Positions 34,342-41,419 of a stretch of 64,000 nt of DNA are shown here, in pieces. Every line of letters starts with the position of its first letter. The first letter of the stretch is position 1. Origin of the DNA: a virus; IMG/VR virus record IMGVR_UViG_3300045988_083449, positions 1 through 64,000 of that record; one strand, given 5' to 3'. Under the pieces are notes generated by a model. That model ran no database searches and was not told where the DNA came from. It was given only the letters and a program-made list of their open reading frames with translations. Made by a program: the position numbers and the translations under genes.

Positions 34342-35604
34342 ATGGCACAACGTGCAATTGCAGGACTTCGTGGTACTGGTCAGTTTGATGAAAACACACG
34401 ACCGACCAATTGGCGTGAAACGTTTACATTGCTGGAACCGAACGGTACTGCTCCGTTGAATGCGCTTTTGTCCTTTGCTCATTCCACGCCGACAGACGAC
34501 CCGAAGTACAACCATTTCCGTGACGAACTTCCGTCTCGTGTGTTGAAGGTATCCACTGCCACAACCGATTCTGCGACATCAATTGTCGTTACCGCTGACG
34601 ACAACGTTCCGTTCGTTGTTGAAAACGCAACTCTCTACAACACCCGCACTGGTGAAGTTATGAGAGCTACGGCTGACGCCAATACTTCCACGAACACTCT
34701 TACAGTTGCTCGTGGCGCTGGTGGCTCCTCTACTAAGAAAGCTGTATCCCAGGGCGACGAACTCGTTATCATCGGCTACGCCGCAAAAGAAGGTTCTGGC
34801 AAACCGTCCGTTGCAACGTTTGACCCCACAACGGATTACAACTACACCCAGATTTTCAAGACTGGCGTTTCCATCACTGGTACTTTGAAACAGACCTATC
34901 TGCGTACTGGCGATAAAGAATCCGAAATGTTGACCAAGGCTCTTAAGAACCACATGGCTGACATTGAACGTGCATTCTTCTTTGGTCAGAGAGCAATCGA
35001 AGACGAGAACACCGCTACACCTCGTCGTTACACAGGCGGTTTGTTCTCCATGATTCCTAATGTCATTGATGCCGCTTCCGCCTTTGAAGACGAAAACGTC
35101 ATCACTGAATACGAATTTGATCGTCTGTTGATCGAAGACTTGTTCGCTTGGGGTTCTAAGGAAAAAGTCATGTTCTGTGGCCCGAGAGTTATTTCTAACC
35201 TCATGCAGATCGCAAAAAATCGTTGGCAGCCGACTGCTGTAGACAATGCTTACGGCGTTTCCTTCGCTCGTTATCACACCTTTGCAGGTGACCTGCTTGT
35301 TTATATGCACCCGCTGTTCCGTCAGATTCCGTCCATGAACTCCAACGGCATCATCCTTGATATGGATTCCCTTGGCTATCGTTACATGAACGGTCGTGAC
35401 ACAACTCTGAAACGTGACGTTCAGGCTAACGACGTGGATGCGTCCGAACACTTCTACATCACTGAATGCGGTCTTGAACTGCTTCAGGCAAAACCTCACG
35501 CCATCATCAAGAACTGGCAGAGCGTTCGTCCTCTTGCAACCAAACCGTCTGAAGGCGGAGCTGGTGGAGCTGGTAGCACTGGTGGTGCAGGTCAGGGAGG
35601 CTAA
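34342..35604 (+). CDS. major capsid protein (putative)
   Basis: 420-aa gene after the scaffold-like gene, with an AAGGAG RBS, bracketed by two terminators (typical high-expression unit). Gly-rich C-terminal tail. Confidence 0.7.
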   Translation: MAQRAIAGLRGTGQFDENTRPTNWRETFTLLEPNGTAPLNALLSFAHSTPTDDPKYNHFRDELPSRVLKVSTATTDSATSIVVTADDNVPFVVENATLYNTRTGEVMRATADANTSTNTLTVARGAGGSSTKKAVSQGDELVIIGYAAKEGSGKPSVATFDPTTDYNYTQIFKTGVSITGTLKQTYLRTGDKESEMLTKALKNHMADIERAFFFGQRAIEDENTATPRRYTGGLFSMIPNVIDAASAFEDENVITEYEFDRLLIEDLFAWGSKEKVMFCGPRVISNLMQIAKNRWQPTAVDNAYGVSFARYHTFAGDLLVYMHPLFRQIPSMNSNGIILDMDSLGYRYMNGRDTTLKRDVQANDVDASEHFYITECGLELLQAKPHAIIKNWQSVRPLATKPSEGGAGGAGSTGGAGQGG

Positions 35605-35612
35605 TTAACTAA

Positions 35613-35633
35613 GGGAGCTTCGGCTCCCTTTTT
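35613..35633 (+). terminator. rho-independent terminator
   Basis: GGGAGC-TTCG-GCTCCC followed by TTTTT, 8 nt after the capsid stop. Confidence 0.8.
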
Positions 35634-35678
35634 AAGGAGAACTTATGACTTGTAAGAAGAAAGGTAAAGGAAGAGGAA

Positions 35679-35933
35679 ATGGCGGTCACTGCAAATAAGA
35701 AAGAAGTTGTTAAGGAAGAAGGTGCGTTCGTAACGTATTCCACCGTTCGTCCTTGCAACATCCTCTTTAACATTCTTTGTAAGGGCGAGATTATTTACGG
35801 ACGTTTCGCAGATCACCGCACAGCGGTTCGTTTTGACGTGCCGAAACACTTGGTGTCTGTATTTGATAAACACCATCATGTTCGTAAAGGCTTCATTGTT
35901 CCGTTGTCTAAGCTCCCGAAGAACCTTCAGTGA
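35679..35933 (+). CDS. hypothetical protein (84 aa)
   Basis: Co-oriented with the operon, with GGAAGAGGA upstream. Preferred over the antisense 139-aa ORF. Confidence 0.4.
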   Translation: MAVTANKKEVVKEEGAFVTYSTVRPCNILFNILCKGEIIYGRFADHRTAVRFDVPKHLVSVFDKHHHVRKGFIVPLSKLPKNLQ

Positions 35934-35953
35934 AGGTTGGGATTGGTAAGTAA

Positions 35954-36367
35954 ATGGCTGAGTCGGTTTCTCCAATCTCCCCGCATATCGGTGACGGTTT
36001 AACGTCACCTTTATCTGTCCTAACAAACAGAGCTCTTCGCAGATACGGAGAGTGGAATGCATCTACCGTTGATGCAGAAACGCAGTCCTTGTTTATCGAC
36101 TTGGCTAATGAAATTGTTGATGATGTTCGTGGTCATCCGTACTGGAATAACTTTCCCGAACTTGAGTATTACGTTTCCTCTGAAGACGTAAGACCTGTTC
36201 CCGATCCCGTGATGATTGCTGGTTTGTTAGCTAAATTCGCAGTGAATCAAGGTTCTAATAAGTGGGAAAAGTACGAGAACGATTATTACCAAAGACTCAA
36301 TCAGCACCTTTATTACGGGGCCACTGGTGGCTCTATGCCTCTTAACCTTCAAGTAGTGAGACGTTAA
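35954..36367 (+). CDS. hypothetical structural protein (137 aa)
   Basis: Operonic, with a TAATG overlap with the collagen-like gene. Confidence 0.5.
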   Translation: MAESVSPISPHIGDGLTSPLSVLTNRALRRYGEWNASTVDAETQSLFIDLANEIVDDVRGHPYWNNFPELEYYVSSEDVRPVPDPVMIAGLLAKFAVNQGSNKWEKYENDYYQRLNQHLYYGATGGSMPLNLQVVRR

Positions 36368-37347
36368 TGCCGTTTGTAGATTTATCAATGCACACCGACC
36401 CCAACAGGGGAATACCGAGAGGCCCTAAGAAGGCACATCACATAACCATTATTGGTGAACGTGGTCGTCAAGGTATTCCCGGACGTGATGGCAAGGACGG
36501 TAAGGATGGCCTTCGAGGTCTTAAAGGCGATAAAGGAGACAAGGGGGATAAAGGTGATAAAGGAGATCGTGGACTTCAAGGTGAAGCCGGTGAGCAGGGT
36601 ATCCGAGGCGAGAAGGGGGATAAAGGAGACCCTGGTGCATCGTTTATCCCTAACGTATACGACATAGAAGCGAACAAGTCTAATTATGACGATCAACCTA
36701 AAGGCTTCTCGATTCTCTGTATGGATACAGGGAATGTCTACTGGAAACTCTCTGACACCTCTGGTGATTGGACGACCACTCCTCTTAGGTTCATAGGGCA
36801 GAAAGGGGACAAAGGTGATAAAGGAGACACTGGCGAAGCCGGGGTTAAAGGAGACCGAGGTTATACGGGAGCCCAAGGGCCTCGTGGTGCCACAGGTCTT
36901 CAGGGCGAGAAGGGTGAACAAGGCATCCGAGGTTTGAAAGGCGACAAAGGGGAGAAAGGGGATAAAGGCGACAAGGGTGATGTCGGAGCTTCCTTCGTTG
37001 CCTCTGCCTCCGACCTTCGTTCCGCTCGTTCCCAGTATGCAGATCAGCCTAAAGGTTTTTCTTTCCTAGCGATTGACGAAGGAAAGCTGTATTGGAAACT
37101 TTCAGACGAAGACGAGTGGTCAACGGGATTTGAGTTCGGCCCAGGAGAGAAGGGAGATAAAGGTGATAAGGGAGAAGCTGGTAAGGATGCGACAGACATT
37201 GTGTTAGACCCTGATCCTGAGGAATATTTCATGTCTATCTATGGGGTTACAGAAGGAAATGTATTGACCAGTTCTGTCACAAAGGTTGAGGCTTTAGACC
37301 CGAGTCCCTTGGAAACTTACCTAACAACGAGAGGTATTGATGACTGA
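36367..37347 (+). CDS. collagen-like triple-helix repeat fibre protein
   Basis: G-X-Y runs at aa 30-90, 144-207 and 258-272 (for example GDKGDKGDKGDKGDRGLQGEAGEQGIRGEKGDKGDPG), separated by a duplicated globular unit. Confidence 0.85.
   Translation: MPFVDLSMHTDPNRGIPRGPKKAHHITIIGERGRQGIPGRDGKDGKDGLRGLKGDKGDKGDKGDKGDRGLQGEAGEQGIRGEKGDKGDPGASFIPNVYDIEANKSNYDDQPKGFSILCMDTGNVYWKLSDTSGDWTTTPLRFIGQKGDKGDKGDTGEAGVKGDRGYTGAQGPRGATGLQGEKGEQGIRGLKGDKGEKGDKGDKGDVGASFVASASDLRSARSQYADQPKGFSFLAIDEGKLYWKLSDEDEWSTGFEFGPGEKGDKGDKGEAGKDATDIVLDPDPEEYFMSIYGVTEGNVLTSSVTKVEALDPSPLETYLTTRGIDD
36454..36636 (+). repeat. 9-bp-periodic coding repeat (G-X-Y block 1). Similar blocks lie at 36796-36987 and 37138-37182.
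   Basis: Reiterated ggngayaarggngayaar units encoding GDK triplets. Confidence 0.8.
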
Positions 37348-37747
37348 TACGGCAAATCCTAACACTCCTTACACCCTTCTTGAACAGCAATTAAATGAGA
37401 TGGCAAGAAGGATGGCCTTGGATGTCAACTCGATGGAGGAATTTGTTTCCACGGGAAAGACAGCTCTTCTCAAAGCTATAGATGACAACAAAGATGAAGT
37501 AAACACTTTTATTACCGGGAAGACTTCCGAAATAAATTCTGTGATCTCAGGTATGCAGTCTGACGCAGAGGAAGTTCTTACAGAACTACAGACCGATAAC
37601 TCAGCAGCAGTAGCCGCAATTAACACTGCGGCGGAGACACAACGAGCACAGATTCAATCACAGGTTGATAGCTTGGTTGCAGGACTTACGGGTTCTGACT
37701 ATGAGGCAGTCTTTGTTGCAGAACTGAATAAAACAGAGGAAGGGTAA
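37337..37747 (+). CDS. hypothetical coiled-coil structural protein (136 aa)
   Basis: Operonic, overlapping the upstream gene by 11 nt. Confidence 0.5.
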   Translation: MMTDTANPNTPYTLLEQQLNEMARRMALDVNSMEEFVSTGKTALLKAIDDNKDEVNTFITGKTSEINSVISGMQSDAEEVLTELQTDNSAAVAAINTAAETQRAQIQSQVDSLVAGLTGSDYEAVFVAELNKTEEG

Positions 37748-38119
37748 ATGTCAGAAACAAACATGAATGAGCAGATCATCAAGGTGGTTGGACGTATCGC
37801 AAAAGAGATGCGGAACATCGTTGCCACTGTGATGACTAAGGTGAGTACGGACGATTTCAATACAGCATTAGCGGCTAAGGCGGATGCGGCTACAACAACT
37901 GCGGCCTTGGATGGAAAAGCTGAAACTTCTGTAGTGAACTCTGCCTTAGCTTTAAAGGCCGATAAGACTGAAGTTCAACAGATTGTGGAAAGTTTAGGCG
38001 AAGGAGATTTAGCTACTAAGACCTATGTTGATACCGCAGTTGCAGGAGTTCAGGTCGGCGCCGGTTCTATCACGGCAGATAAGTTAGCTGACGTTATTGA
38101 TTTAGGAACGATTGAATAA
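37748..38119 (+). CDS. fibre-associated Ala-rich protein (123 aa)
   Basis: Repeats ALAAKADAATT / ALALKADKTEV and TKTYVDTAV, typical of fibre shafts. Confidence 0.5.
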   Translation: MSETNMNEQIIKVVGRIAKEMRNIVATVMTKVSTDDFNTALAAKADAATTTAALDGKAETSVVNSALALKADKTEVQQIVESLGEGDLATKTYVDTAVAGVQVGAGSITADKLADVIDLGTIE

Positions 38120-38481
38120 TGACAATTCGTCTTCAGCTTAAACGAGCTACCGCAACTAAGAACGACACATATACAGGTGCCGAAGGTGAGATCACTGTAG
38201 ACCTTACGAATATGAGGTTGCGAGTACATGACGGGTCTACTGCCGGTGGATACCCCGTTGCAAAAGCCGAAGATATTAAAACGAAGCTGACCGATTATTC
38301 CGACTCTCCTTACCATACGAAGACTAGTTTGACAGGATTAAGTCAACTAACGAACGACGCTGGGTATTGGTCAAAGACCTCCTTAACGAAGTTGTCGCAG
38401 TTGACCAACGACGCTGGGTATATCACTGGATACTGTTCACATTGTTCGGGATATTGCACTTACTGCACACATTGTTCATAG
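38119..38481 (+). CDS. tail-fibre-like protein with a Cys-rich C-terminus (5 Cys), paralog 1
   Basis: N-terminus LQLKRATA..GAEGEITVDLTNMRLRVHDGSTAGG (fibre N-terminal motif), 2x SLT(G/K)LSQLTNDAGY, then GYCSHCSGYCTYCTHCS. Confidence 0.75.
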   Translation: MTIRLQLKRATATKNDTYTGAEGEITVDLTNMRLRVHDGSTAGGYPVAKAEDIKTKLTDYSDSPYHTKTSLTGLSQLTNDAGYWSKTSLTKLSQLTNDAGYITGYCSHCSGYCTYCTHCS

Positions 38482-38488
38482 GAGAGTA

Positions 38489-38956
38489 ATGACAACACTT
38501 CAGTGGAAAAGAGGAACGACTGAGAAGGTTGAAGGATACGCTGAGACCGCTCTTGAGGGAGAGCTGGTCGTTGACACTGCGACTCATAGGGTGAGTGTGT
38601 ATGACGGCGCAGGAGGAAGAAACGAAATTCCTCTTCTCTCTGATGTCAAAACAACTCTCGCTTCCTTAACGAATGATATTAGTGCTTGGAGTAAGAGTGA
38701 TTTAACCAAGGTAAGTCAGTTAAGTAATGATTTAGATTTTTGGTCAAGCGGAACACTTAGCAAGGTAAGCCAGTTACAAAACGATAGTGGCTTTAAGACG
38801 GGGTACTGTACGCATTGCCAATATTGTCAGCACTGTCAGCAGTGTAGTAATTGTCATAACTGCAACACCACACAATGTACAACTGTCAATTGCTCCATTC
38901 AACATTGCCTAGTGATCTATTGTCTGTGCAATTGTGATTGCACTGACGATAGTTGA
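38489..38956 (+). CDS. tail-fibre-like protein with a Cys-rich C-terminus (14 Cys), paralog 2
   Basis: GGAGAG RBS. LQWKRGT..LEGELVVDT..HRVSVYDG. SKVSQL(S/Q)ND repeats. Tail GYCTHCQYCQHCQQCSNCHNCNTTQCTTVNCSIQHCLVIYCLCNCDC. Confidence 0.75.
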   Translation: MTTLQWKRGTTEKVEGYAETALEGELVVDTATHRVSVYDGAGGRNEIPLLSDVKTTLASLTNDISAWSKSDLTKVSQLSNDLDFWSSGTLSKVSQLQNDSGFKTGYCTHCQYCQHCQQCSNCHNCNTTQCTTVNCSIQHCLVIYCLCNCDCTDDS

Positions 38957-38968
38957 TAGTTAAAAGAT

Positions 38969-39550
38969 ATGAAAACAACTCAGTTAGAAAATGCGGCAAA
39001 AGTTCAGTTAGTTAGAGGAAGTAACGAAGCCACTTCCGCCCTATCAGGGTTGGAAGGAGAGGTGGTTTTAAACCTTACAGATTTAAGTTTAAAAATAAAT
39101 GATGGGGCGGCTCAAGGTTGGGTTGCTACGGCCTCTAATCAATTGGCGGCTCTTTCTCAGCTAGTGGATTCTGACTCAATTTGGACATCAACAACTTTAG
39201 CCAAAGTAAGTCAACTCGCAAACGATTCTCAATTTTGGAAAAAATCTGAATTAACAAAAGTAAGTCAGTTAGAAAACAACAGCGGGTACAAGACTGGTTA
39301 CTGTACTTACTGTTCCCACTGTACTTATTGTCAAAAATGCAGCCGCTGCAATAACGTGCAATGTAGTCAGGTTCAATGTGGAAACTGCAATCACTGTACA
39401 CAATGTTTTAAATGTCGGAGCACCGGAAACTGCGGGGACTCAGTTGTTAACTGTGGTCAATGTCATTGCTCGTATTACTGCAATGGTTATTGCTCAGATT
39501 GCACATACGTTCACTGTGTTTCCGATTGCATAAATCAACTAAACCAGTAA
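38969..39550 (+). CDS. tail-fibre-like protein with a Cys-rich C-terminus (21 Cys), paralog 3
   Basis: VQLVRGS..LEGEVVLNLTD..LKINDG. (A/T)KVSQL(A/E)N(D/N)S repeats. Tail GYCTYCSHCTYCQKCSRCNNVQC...CVSDC. Confidence 0.75.
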   Translation: MKTTQLENAAKVQLVRGSNEATSALSGLEGEVVLNLTDLSLKINDGAAQGWVATASNQLAALSQLVDSDSIWTSTTLAKVSQLANDSQFWKKSELTKVSQLENNSGYKTGYCTYCSHCTYCQKCSRCNNVQCSQVQCGNCNHCTQCFKCRSTGNCGDSVVNCGQCHCSYYCNGYCSDCTYVHCVSDCINQLNQ

Positions 39551-39561
39551 TAGGAGACAAT

Positions 39562-40455
39562 ATGGGTTATTCAAGACATGTTATTTGTCAAAGTGAAATT
39601 CCTTTCGTGATGAATATTGTCATCAATGATGACTCTATAGCTTTCAGGCTGCTGTCTGAAATTAATGAAAGCGTAAACGTAGCGACTGATGCAGTTCAGT
39701 TTGGGGTGGAAAAGTTACTAACAACGGAACAGCTCTCTTTTAATCCAGTGGCTTTCAACGTGAATGACAAAACGTTTTTAGTTGACGGAACAGAGTATGC
39801 CATCTACTCGGAGTTAATCTTTAATCGTGAAGATACTACGTATAACCGCCTACTTGTACCGGGAGCTCACTTTTGTTTTTGGTTGGATTTAAGCCGCCAC
39901 CCTCGACTGTGCTTAGATGTTCGTGGAACGATGACTTATTTCAATCAGAGAAACACTGCTGAGTTGATAAAAGCGAAAGGCGGTCTTTGGCTGTTTGACT
40001 TTTGGATTCGTAATCCAGAAGACTCTTTCAAACAATGTAATCGTTCGATTACTACTTCGGTAACTACAAAACTTATTACCAACATAGATGACCTCGGGGA
40101 AGAGTGGGCTGCCGAAGATGTGATGACAGGCACTACCTCTAAGTGGTTGAACTTGGCGTATGAGTTAACGCCGAACAAAACAGAGGTTGAACCTGAAGGC
40201 TGGGTTACATTCACTCTAAAAGTCCTTGACGGAAAGACTAAGGAGTTAGCGACTGATGTTACATATGACGGATATATTGTGGAGGCTGTCGATGGTTATG
40301 CGCCTCACAAGCGTGTGAATGTCGTTGACGGAATTGGAACCTTCAAAGTAAAGGCTTTCGGCTTGGAAAATGGAGATAAGCTGCGAGTCAAGATTAACCA
40401 ACGTTTTTATACATCTCGAGTTGAAGCAACGGTTGATGTCGTATCGCCAACTTAA
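39562..40455 (+). CDS. hypothetical protein with an Ig-like C-terminal domain (297 aa from ATG 39562)
   Basis: AGGAG RBS before 39562. The C-terminal region GWVTFTLKVLDG...VNVVDGIGTFKVKAFGLENGDKLRVKI looks like a bacterial Ig-like (Big) beta-sandwich. Confidence 0.55.
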   Translation: MGYSRHVICQSEIPFVMNIVINDDSIAFRLLSEINESVNVATDAVQFGVEKLLTTEQLSFNPVAFNVNDKTFLVDGTEYAIYSELIFNREDTTYNRLLVPGAHFCFWLDLSRHPRLCLDVRGTMTYFNQRNTAELIKAKGGLWLFDFWIRNPEDSFKQCNRSITTSVTTKLITNIDDLGEEWAAEDVMTGTTSKWLNLAYELTPNKTEVEPEGWVTFTLKVLDGKTKELATDVTYDGYIVEAVDGYAPHKRVNVVDGIGTFKVKAFGLENGDKLRVKINQRFYTSRVEATVDVVSPT

Positions 40456-41419
40456 CATTATGTTCGGTAGTGCCTGTGATATGAAGTGCGGGTACTGCCT
40501 TCAAACAAACGGTTTATCCCCAGCTGATAAGAAAGCAGATGCACAAGAGTTTGTGCAAAAGTTACTGCCGCACTTAAACGGTCAGACTCCTAAAAAAATA
40601 ATGTATTGGGGCGGAGAGCCGATGCTTTATTGGGAGAGGATAAAAACTATTCATTCCCTCCTATCTGAAAATGGAATTGTTCCAAGTCAATCTGTAATCA
40701 CTACTAACGGAAGAAGGCTGACAGAAAGCTATGTGGACTATGCGAATAGTCATGAAGATATATGGACAACCGTTTCCTGTCATGGCTGGGATTTCACGGA
40801 TAAACAGTTAGAGACGATCTTTAAACTTAAGCGCTTCTCTCTGTCTGAACTTGTGCACCACTTCCGAACAGACCTATGGGAAATACGGGACAGGTACTAC
40901 GAAATCAAAGATAAGTTCGGGGTTTCGCCCAATCTGTGTGTGCACTTTCTCAGAGCTAACGATGGGTGTAATACAGCCTACTACATGACTAAAGAGGATG
41001 TGGATAAGTTCTGCGACCACATTCGTACTGAAGTAATCCCAATGGCTAGGCTAGGAGATGAATGGGCGCAATGGCAGTGTTCCCAACTCTTATTTGAACG
41101 AGACCGCATAATCGCCAAAGGCATTGGCCCTTTATGCGTAAGAAGCGATCAGCTATCCATTGACCTTCACGGCAATGTGTACAACTGCCATCACAATTAC
41201 TGCAAGACAAACATTGTGAGAAACGTTTTTGAAAAAGTAATACCAATTCAAAAAGCAGATTCATTATGTGGTTCTAGGTTTTTTAATTCCGAGGAATGCC
41301 AGTCTTGTGAATTATTAGAGCAGTGCAGAGGTGGCTGCTACACCTCTAATACACACGAGGTTGATTGTTACTTCGCAAAGGAAAGGGCAAAACTTTACGA
41401 GATTATGGAGAGACGATGA
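40436..41419 (+). CDS. radical SAM enzyme with a SPASM domain (maturase type), paralog A
   Basis: CDMKCGYC (Cx3Cx2C), YWGGEPMLY, ITTNG, IDLHGNVYNC, and an exact SPASM signature CQSCELLEQCRGGC (Cx2Cx5Cx3C). The alternative start at 40460 cannot be excluded. Confidence 0.85.
   Translation: MSYRQLNIMFGSACDMKCGYCLQTNGLSPADKKADAQEFVQKLLPHLNGQTPKKIMYWGGEPMLYWERIKTIHSLLSENGIVPSQSVITTNGRRLTESYVDYANSHEDIWTTVSCHGWDFTDKQLETIFKLKRFSLSELVHHFRTDLWEIRDRYYEIKDKFGVSPNLCVHFLRANDGCNTAYYMTKEDVDKFCDHIRTEVIPMARLGDEWAQWQCSQLLFERDRIIAKGIGPLCVRSDQLSIDLHGNVYNCHHNYCKTNIVRNVFEKVIPIQKADSLCGSRFFNSEECQSCELLEQCRGGCYTSNTHEVDCYFAKERAKLYEIMERR

Noticed and set aside
34579-35499. 306-aa minus-strand ORF
   Set aside because: It is entirely antisense to the putative major capsid gene, which has an RBS, flanking terminators and operon context. 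The ORF has no RBS and an odd composition, so I read it as a shadow ORF.
35643-36062. 139-aa minus-strand ORF
   Set aside because: It overlaps two co-oriented plus-strand ORFs (35679..35933 and 35954..36367) inside a strictly rightward operon, just after a plus-strand terminator. I kept the plus-strand calls, with low confidence for the first.
36385-36921. 178-aa minus-strand ORF
   Set aside because: It is antisense to the G-X-Y collagen repeats. Repeat periodicity keeps the reverse frame open.
38340-39270. Reiterated ~20-nt DNA motifs (aaggtaagtcagtt..., acgacgctgggtat...) considered as a possible CRISPR-like or iteron array
   Set aside because: The repeats are in frame and encode the (S/T)K(V/L)SQLxNDxG(Y/F) fibre repeat. 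Spacing is irregular and there are no spacer-like unique units. They are coding repeats.
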